Of a stretch of DNA of 64,000 nucleotides, positions 58,166-64,000 are shown piece by piece (the stretch's first letter is position 1; each line of letters opens with the position of its first letter). Under the pieces are notes generated by a model, which was not told where the DNA came from, searched no databases, and saw only the letters and a program-made list of their open reading frames with translations. The DNA lies in NCBI GenBank assembly GCA_045652205.1, contig JAZRTX010000040.1, positions 241 to 64,240 of the forward strand. Reading direction: 5' to 3'. The position numbers and the translations under genes were made by a program. The DNA comes from Clostridia bacterium (lineage in GTDB: Bacteria; Bacillota; Clostridia; Christensenellales; QALW01).

Positions 58166-60073
58166 TTATTTCTCCTTGTCTAACTTGTCTGCTACGGCAA
58201 AAATGCTTGGAATTTCACGAACAATCATAATATCATATTTTTTAAATTCGGCAATTTTATAACCATTTTCTCTTGCTATAACGTTATATTCATTTTCTAA
58301 ATCGTCAAGGTCGTCCCAAGGAATAATGCAGGGGTGCCCTTTTGAAACAGGGTCCTTATGATTTTTTGTTTTATAGGCGTATTTCTTAATATCGTCTATG
58401 GTGGTTGAATTATAACCTTCCGTTGCCATAAAGGCGTTCCAGCGCAAATGCTCGTTTTTGCTTAATTCTAATAAAAGGTCTTTATCCTGAATTAAATTTT
58501 TATATTCGTTAAGCTCGTTGGCGGTAGGGAAAGCACCTTTTAAAACACCGCTTGCAAAAAGCTTTGCATTTAAATGAATGGCTGCTGCCATTGAATTGCG
58601 CCTATCGTATTCCTTGGTTTTAAAATCGTGGTCAGCCATTTTATAGGTTTCAGAATTTTCATCTTCCGTAAGCGCACCCCAGTAAGCAAGATGCACCGCA
58701 AAAGCAAGGTTTTCCAAATGTGAATCAAAGATGGTGTTCTTTGAATAAATAGATTCTAACGTGCCAAACAAATGAATGTTTCTGTTTTCTAAATATGCAG
58801 AATTTTCAAAAAGAGAATGTGTCTTTTTACTTGAACGCACTCTTGTAAAAAACTGCGGTAATTTATCCTTGTCAAAATCTCTTTTTTGCCTGAAAAGTCT
58901 ATAAAACTTTTCAGTGATAGTAAAGTTAAGACCGTCATCACCCATACAAACAAAAACGTGTGTGGCATCTGAACTGTTATCCTTATTAAAGAAAGCATCA
59001 TCAAAGGTTTCGCTTAAAACGTCAGCATTAATAAATTGAATAGTTCCGTCATTTTTTAATAAAGGACAATCTGCTAAAAACTGCTTTTCAATTTTGTCAG
59101 CATCTTTATCATAAGCCCTTATTTTAAGGTTAAGCCCTACGATCTGACCTGCCCAATAAACAGTTTTAAGCATACGTATTCCATATTTGCCTAAGCCAAC
59201 AAGGGCAACGGAAATATCTTTAAAGCCTGCGGGTAAAACGTATAATGGATGCTCAAAAATAAGGTGATTGCATAAAAGGGCAGTTTCGTCAATGCATCTT
59301 ATTTCAACGTTGGAATTCTTCTCTATTAAGCTTTCTAAAAAGTCAACGCTTGCACCACTTTCACAGAAAGCGTAAATAACAGCTTTAACGTCTTTCTTTT
59401 TCTGAACCTTTGTTATTAAACCTTGTGCAAGGTCAACGTTGTTGTCTTCGTCCTTTTCAATTAAATATACGCGGTACTTCTTATTTTTAAAGTATTTTAA
59501 TCCAAAAACTGAACCGTGTAAAAGCAATGCGCCTTCTTTTCTTGCACCTGTTTTTAAGCCTTCGTCGCAATCCTTGGTATTTAAAAAGATAATTTTGCCG
59601 TCTCTATCAATAGTCTTTGCAAGGCTTAATGATTTTTCGTTTAATGCAGAAAAAACGTAGCACTTTTCTTTAAAAGATAAAGTGTATCTTATTCTGTCAA
59701 AAGCATCGCCGATAAAGGAAATTATTAACCCCGAGGTTACGATAGGGCAAATAATGTAGCAAAGATAATTGATTATTAAATAAGCGCTTCTTAATAATCC
59801 CGTAAGCTGAATATCTGCTAAAAATTCGTGGTCCTGCCCGCCACCTAAGGTTTTAAGGGCAAAAATCAGGGATTGCAAAATAGCGTATAAGCCATCGGAA
59901 ATACACTTAACTCCAATAAAAAATACAGGCAGAATCATAACAAAGCTTGCAAATAAGATACCCGTCATAATTAAAGAAATGCAACTTTTAATTCTGTGGC
60001 GGTTGTTATAAGCCATAAAAGCTGTAATCACTAAAATGATAACGCCTAAAATAAAAGAAATAATTTCAAACAT
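58166..60073 (-). CDS. Membrane protein with N-terminal TM/pore-like segment, Rossmann/RCK-like domains and C-terminal RyR-like domain
   Basis: Three or more TM helices with ALKTLGGGQD, then VGLGKYG and EHLRWNAFMATEGY...HPCIIPWDDL. Confidence 0.75.
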   Translation of the reverse strand: MFEIISFILGVIILVITAFMAYNNRHRIKSCISLIMTGILFASFVMILPVFFIGVKCISDGLYAILQSLIFALKTLGGGQDHEFLADIQLTGLLRSAYLIINYLCYIICPIVTSGLIISFIGDAFDRIRYTLSFKEKCYVFSALNEKSLSLAKTIDRDGKIIFLNTKDCDEGLKTGARKEGALLLHGSVFGLKYFKNKKYRVYLIEKDEDNNVDLAQGLITKVQKKKDVKAVIYAFCESGASVDFLESLIEKNSNVEIRCIDETALLCNHLIFEHPLYVLPAGFKDISVALVGLGKYGIRMLKTVYWAGQIVGLNLKIRAYDKDADKIEKQFLADCPLLKNDGTIQFINADVLSETFDDAFFNKDNSSDATHVFVCMGDDGLNFTITEKFYRLFRQKRDFDKDKLPQFFTRVRSSKKTHSLFENSAYLENRNIHLFGTLESIYSKNTIFDSHLENLAFAVHLAYWGALTEDENSETYKMADHDFKTKEYDRRNSMAAAIHLNAKLFASGVLKGAFPTANELNEYKNLIQDKDLLLELSKNEHLRWNAFMATEGYNSTTIDDIKKYAYKTKNHKDPVSKGHPCIIPWDDLDDLENEYNVIARENGYKIAEFKKYDIMIVREIPSIFAVADKLDKEK

Positions 60074-60234
60074 AATTTATCTTCCTTTATATTTAATAAA
60101 ACAATTATACAACAATTAACGTCAAAATGCAAACTTTATTAAAAAAAGGAATATTATCAAAAAAAATAAAAAAATCATATTATATATCAGCAGAGTTATT
60201 TCTGTTAAAAACGTTTGAAAGGATTTTTTTGTAT

Positions 60235-60411
60235 ATGCAAAAAGTTTGTATAAAAGACGAAGATTTAGCCGTTTTAAACAGCTTTCCTTTAGGCAAAGCG
60301 TACGTGCCGTGCCAAAGCTTTACAAATCCCGTTTCACCTGAAAAGGCATTAGAAATGGGTACTATCTGGCAGGAACTTTATCAGCCTTACCGTAAAGGAG
60401 GAAAAATGTAA
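60235..60411 (+). CDS. cotJA: Spore coat protein CotJA
   Basis: LGKAYVPCQ...EKALEMGTIWQELYQPY. Confidence 0.85.
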   Translation: MQKVCIKDEDLAVLNSFPLGKAYVPCQSFTNPVSPEKALEMGTIWQELYQPYRKGGKM

Positions 60412-60656
60412 TGAACCAAAAAGAAATGATGAAAAGGCTTCAGCAGTTAGGTTTTACCTTAGTTGAATTAAACCTTTATCTTGATACCCATCCAAATTGT
60501 TCTAAGGCCCGTGAACTTTATAACCGTTATTCCGAAGAGATGGCTATGTTAAGGGAGCAGTATTTCCAAAAGTACGGTCCAACCCTTAACTTTGGCGTTT
60601 GTCCTGCAGGGGATAGCTTTTCCTGGGTAAATTCACCTTGGCCATGGGAAAATTAA
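60411..60656 (+). CDS. cotJB: Spore coat protein CotJB
   Basis: ELNLYLDTHP...YGP...WVNSPWPWE. Confidence 0.93.
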   Translation: MNQKEMMKRLQQLGFTLVELNLYLDTHPNCSKARELYNRYSEEMAMLREQYFQKYGPTLNFGVCPAGDSFSWVNSPWPWEN

Positions 60657-60672
60657 GAAAGGGGTAAAAAAT

Positions 60673-60873
60673 ATGTGGATTTATGAAAAAAAGTTACAGT
60701 TTCCTGTAGATATAAAAATGAAGGATTTAAAAATGGCAAAGTTTCTCTTTGCCCAGTACGGCGGACCTGATAGCGAATTAAGTGCTTCGCAAACATATCT
60801 TGCACAGCGCTATACTATGCCAACGCCTGAAACCAAGGCTCTTTTAAATGATATCGGTATATCGGTTCGTTAA
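60673..60873 (+). pseudogene. cotJC: 5' part of cotJC (Mn-catalase family), interrupted
   Basis: MWIYEKKLQFPV...QYGGPDSELSA...LLNDIG is followed by unrelated ISVR* instead of the conserved TEELxH. Confidence 0.88.
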
Positions 60874-60880
60874 TTGTGCA

Positions 60881-60909
60881 TTGACATTCCCGTTTAAATA
60901 TAATATAAT
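60881..60909 (+). promoter_or_regulatory. sigma-A promoter at the element end
   Basis: TTGACA (60881-60886), 17 bp, TATAAT (60904-60909). Confidence 0.75.
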
Positions 60910-60947
60910 CGGAAAGGAGATGAATATAACAAAAGGAGAATATTTAA

Positions 60948-61253
60948 ATGGATGCGATTGAATTTATTGTTGGCAAAATTGTAGAAAAAAACGGTGCTGA
61001 TGCGAAACGCTTTATTATAAAAAAGGACGAGTTTCTAAATACATTTATTAAAGAATATACTGTTATCATAAAGCAAAGTATTGAAAGGCCCAATATGATA
61101 ACAAATCCGGAAATTTTAACTTCCAACATCGATATTTCAAATATCGCGGAGCTGCAAAAGGCAATTACTAAGCATTTGTTTACCAAACTACACACTAATA
61201 ATTTAATCAGTGAAAGAGAGTTTGATGAGTTATGCAAAGGAGAATCTTTATAA
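60948..61253 (+). CDS. Hypothetical protein with SHOCT-like C-terminus, upstream of the recombinase
   Basis: AAGGAG RBS; KLHTNNLISEREFDEL. Confidence 0.65.
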   Translation: MDAIEFIVGKIVEKNGADAKRFIIKKDEFLNTFIKEYTVIIKQSIERPNMITNPEILTSNIDISNIAELQKAITKHLFTKLHTNNLISEREFDELCKGESL

Positions 61254-63049
61254 ATAATATGCAATTCAATGATGATATTTTTGGTTTGGATACCAAAAAC
61301 GCCGTAAGTTCATATGGTGTGTATACCGAAGAAGCAAAACCCAAAATGCCTTTGATATATGAAACAGAACGAAGTATAAACGTGTGTGCATACTGTCGAG
61401 TTTCTACGGACAAGCGGGACCAGGCAAACAGCTTTGAAGCGCAACAGGACTACTTTAATGAAGCTTTTGGACGTAGAAAAAATTGGAAGCTTAAAACTAT
61501 ATTTGCAGATAATGGAATCAGCGGTACTTCACTTAAAAATCGAGATAGCTTTGAACAAATGATAAGGGAAGCAAGGGCAGGAAAATATCAGCTTATTATA
61601 ACAAAAAGCGTTTCGCGTTTTTCAAGGAACGTTCAACATATTATGAGTTTTGTAGAAGAATTACGCGAACTTGGCGTCTACATATGGTTTATTACAGATA
61701 AAATTTGTACCGATGATGAAAACTACCGTAAAGCACTTATTGCTGCGTCTGATGCCGCAGAAGCAGAAAGTAGAGCAGCATCTGAGCGAGTTCGTTGGGG
61801 ACAAAGGTACAAAATGCAACAAGGTGTTGTGTTCGGCCGCAAGGAAATGTTTGGCTATAACATCAAAAGAGACGAAGATGGAAAACAGTTTTTTGAAATA
61901 ATACCCGATGAAGCAGAAATTGTTCGCCGCATATTTAGAATGTACGCAGATGGCTTGGGCACTTTTAAAATAGCACGTCGATTAGAGGAAGAGGGAATTA
62001 AAACAAAAAGGTACAAAAATGGTTGGTCTAACACCGTTATTCTTAAAATACTCCGCAATGAAAAATATGTCGGGGATTTAAAGCAAGGTAAAACCTATAC
62101 AACGGACTATATTTCCCATAAAAAGAAATACAACCGTGGAGAATATGCAACGCATTTTGCACCAAACCACCACGCTGAAAGTGCTATCGTTAGCCGAGAC
62201 CTCTGGGAGCTTGTGCAAAAGAAATTAGAAGAAAATACCCCTTCAGACGAAGTGAAGAAAAAGCATAGCAACCGCTATTGGTGTAGCGGAAAGGTGTTTT
62301 GTGGGGAATGTGGCTCGCGTTATGTTTCTCATATTAAACATTTAAAAAACGGTGGTATTCATAAAGCCTGGAAATGTTGGGAAAATCAACAATACGGATA
62401 TAAAAAACAACGTCTAATAAATGGCGAGCCGGTTATAGATGAAGAAACAGGCGTAATAATAGAAATTGGTTGCAACAATCAAAGCGTTAATGACAAAGTG
62501 TTAAAGCAAGGCGTGCATGATATACTGGAAGTTGTTATTGGCCCCATAATGCATAAAAATTACGAAAAATTAAAAGCAATAATATTAAAACGCAAAAAAG
62601 AAGATACCACCGAAACAAAGATAAAGAAGTTGGAAAAAAGGCTAATTTCATTAGAAGATGAATGCGCAGATATAACACGACATATTTTAAAATCTCAAAG
62701 AGAAGATGAAATTGTGCCAATGGGTTTGCTTTTAGCACAAAAGCAGGTGGAAGAAGAAATAACTGCTACACAAAACGCAATAAATGAGTTGCGAAGAACA
62801 GAAAAAAATTACGATATAGAAAATGCCGAAATGCTTTTAAAACTAGACAAACTCAAGGAGATTGTAGAACTTAAAGACGATAAAATAACAGAAGATATAT
62901 ATAGAAGTATTGTTGACAAAATAGAAGTTTTTGATGGACATATACTGAAATATTATATTGCAGGTTGGGACAAGCCTATTGCTATGCAATATACAACAAC
63001 AGGAAAACTGGATGCATTTACAGTAGAGTTTGTAATATTGGAAGAATGA
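61232..63049 (+). CDS. Large serine recombinase (resolvase, recombinase and zinc-ribbon domains)
   Basis: AYCRVST, DNGISGT, TKSVSRFSRN, FGYN, ILRNEKYVG, FCGECG and a coiled coil. The start codon is uncertain (61232 or 61259). Confidence 0.95.
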   Translation: MQRRIFINNMQFNDDIFGLDTKNAVSSYGVYTEEAKPKMPLIYETERSINVCAYCRVSTDKRDQANSFEAQQDYFNEAFGRRKNWKLKTIFADNGISGTSLKNRDSFEQMIREARAGKYQLIITKSVSRFSRNVQHIMSFVEELRELGVYIWFITDKICTDDENYRKALIAASDAAEAESRAASERVRWGQRYKMQQGVVFGRKEMFGYNIKRDEDGKQFFEIIPDEAEIVRRIFRMYADGLGTFKIARRLEEEGIKTKRYKNGWSNTVILKILRNEKYVGDLKQGKTYTTDYISHKKKYNRGEYATHFAPNHHAESAIVSRDLWELVQKKLEENTPSDEVKKKHSNRYWCSGKVFCGECGSRYVSHIKHLKNGGIHKAWKCWENQQYGYKKQRLINGEPVIDEETGVIIEIGCNNQSVNDKVLKQGVHDILEVVIGPIMHKNYEKLKAIILKRKKEDTTETKIKKLEKRLISLEDECADITRHILKSQREDEIVPMGLLLAQKQVEEEITATQNAINELRRTEKNYDIENAEMLLKLDKLKEIVELKDDKITEDIYRSIVDKIEVFDGHILKYYIAGWDKPIAMQYTTTGKLDAFTVEFVILEE

Positions 63050-63184
63050 TTTATCATATGGAACAGATGTCCTGTTTTTGAGATTTTAGTATTATCGCTT
63101 TGCAATACGATTGAAAACAATAAGTTGTTGATTTGTTAAAAATATGTTATAATTATTTTAAAAATAAAACGATGAGGTTAAGTT

Positions 63185-63889
63185 ATGAATATTGCGATAT
63201 GCGATGATGATAAGGTGTTCCGAGAAAAAATAAGAACTCAACTTTCAGAAATTGAGTTCTTCAAAAACAGCAATTATATATTCTGTGAAACAGGGGAGGA
63301 TTTGTTGAAATCTTTTGATTCAACTCAACCATTTGATTTTGTTTTCTTAGATGTAGATATGCCGAAAATGAATGGGTTGGAGGCTGGAGAAACTCTTAAT
63401 AAACTTTCGCCTAAAACAATAATTATTTTTGTGTCAAGTTATCCGCAGTTTGCAATTGATGCTTTTGACTGTAATGCAATTGGTTATCTTCTTAAAGGTT
63501 GTAACGAAGAAAAATTCAACAGAACTATAGAGAAGGCAATATACAAGTATAAAGATCTTAATGCACAATTGCACTTAAAAACAGGAACTGAAATGGTTAA
63601 AGTAGACCTTAATACAATATTTTATGTTGAATACTCAAGAAAGTATTGTCAATATCATACTGCTAATTCTATATATGCAGTACGACAACAGTTACATGAA
63701 GCGTTAACAGAATTATATCCGTTTGGATTTATACAAATATATCAATGCTATATTGTTAATTTAGCTAAAATTAAAAAGATTCAAACATCTAGCGTTGTTT
63801 TGGAAGGCGATACTGAATTACCTATAAAAAGAGGAACCAGCAAGGAATTAATAAAAAAATATAACGACTATATGGCCAAGAGGTGTTAA
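63185..63889 (+). CDS. LytTR-family response regulator (AgrA-like)
   Basis: IAICDDD, FLDVDMPKMNG, FIQIYQCYIVN. Confidence 0.92.
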   Translation: MNIAICDDDKVFREKIRTQLSEIEFFKNSNYIFCETGEDLLKSFDSTQPFDFVFLDVDMPKMNGLEAGETLNKLSPKTIIIFVSSYPQFAIDAFDCNAIGYLLKGCNEEKFNRTIEKAIYKYKDLNAQLHLKTGTEMVKVDLNTIFYVEYSRKYCQYHTANSIYAVRQQLHEALTELYPFGFIQIYQCYIVNLAKIKKIQTSSVVLEGDTELPIKRGTSKELIKKYNDYMAKRC

Positions 63890-64000
63890 ATGGAAACTAT
63901 ATATAACATAATTTTTGCATGCTTAGATGCAGTGTTATCCTATGTCACAATAAGTTATCTGTTTTCGGCGTTTAGTTTAACAAAAAGAATTAATTTTAAA
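63890..64000 (+). CDS. Partial membrane protein, probably the cognate sensor kinase (runs off window)
   Basis: ATG immediately after the LytTR stop, with GAGGTG RBS; hydrophobic METIYNIIFACLDAVLSYVTISYLF. Confidence 0.5.
   Translation, partial: METIYNIIFACLDAVLSYVTISYLFSAFSLTKRINFK

Larger units (their letters stand above)
60859..64000 (+). mobile_element. Large-serine-recombinase element inserted in cotJC (left part only)
   Basis: cotJC homology ends abruptly and is followed by a new promoter, a small ORF, an LSR and a LytTR regulator; the element continues beyond the window. Confidence 0.82.

Noticed and set aside
61232..63049. The serine recombinase as the integrase of the phage-like module at 6.8-19.6 kb
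   Set aside because: It lies more than 40 kb away across core genes (pheST, nrdD, spoIIE) and is tied to the cotJC break.
63061..63072. LexA-like box GAACAGATGTCC after the recombinase
   Set aside because: It has one mismatch, occurs once and overlaps no convincing promoter.

Overview
This is an AT-rich chromosomal segment of a spore-forming Clostridia-type bacterium (spoIIE, cotJABC, T-box, sigma-A consensus promoters). Host genes include pflB/pflA under a ZTP riboswitch, a GH127/AraC pair, a ytr-like GntR-ABC operon, rhaA, a glycyl-radical 1,2-propanediol dehydratase with its activase, yhaM, nrdG-nrdD(Grx fusion)-trxB, mreB, cysE and T-box-controlled pheST. Three regions stand out. (1) A compact ~12.8 kb phage-like module (6827-19618) has an ImmA/ImmR-type switch, a multi-operator promoter, terminase, scaffold, capsid, portal, short-tail parts and lysis genes. 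It has no integrase, replication genes or visible att sites and ends in a host-type terminator, so it is a candidate domesticated gene-transfer-agent (GTA)-like system. (2) A phosphoesterase + TIR-MORN operon converges on a membrane/RCK-like/RyR + stand-alone RyR operon, a candidate nucleotide-signalling or defence module. (3) cotJC is interrupted at about 60860 by a large-serine-recombinase element that runs off the window, a candidate skin-like sporulation-excised element. I also noted a two-copy covarying structured repeat, two small ORFs missed by the ORF track and several operator arrays. All assignments come from motif recognition by eye; no searches were run.
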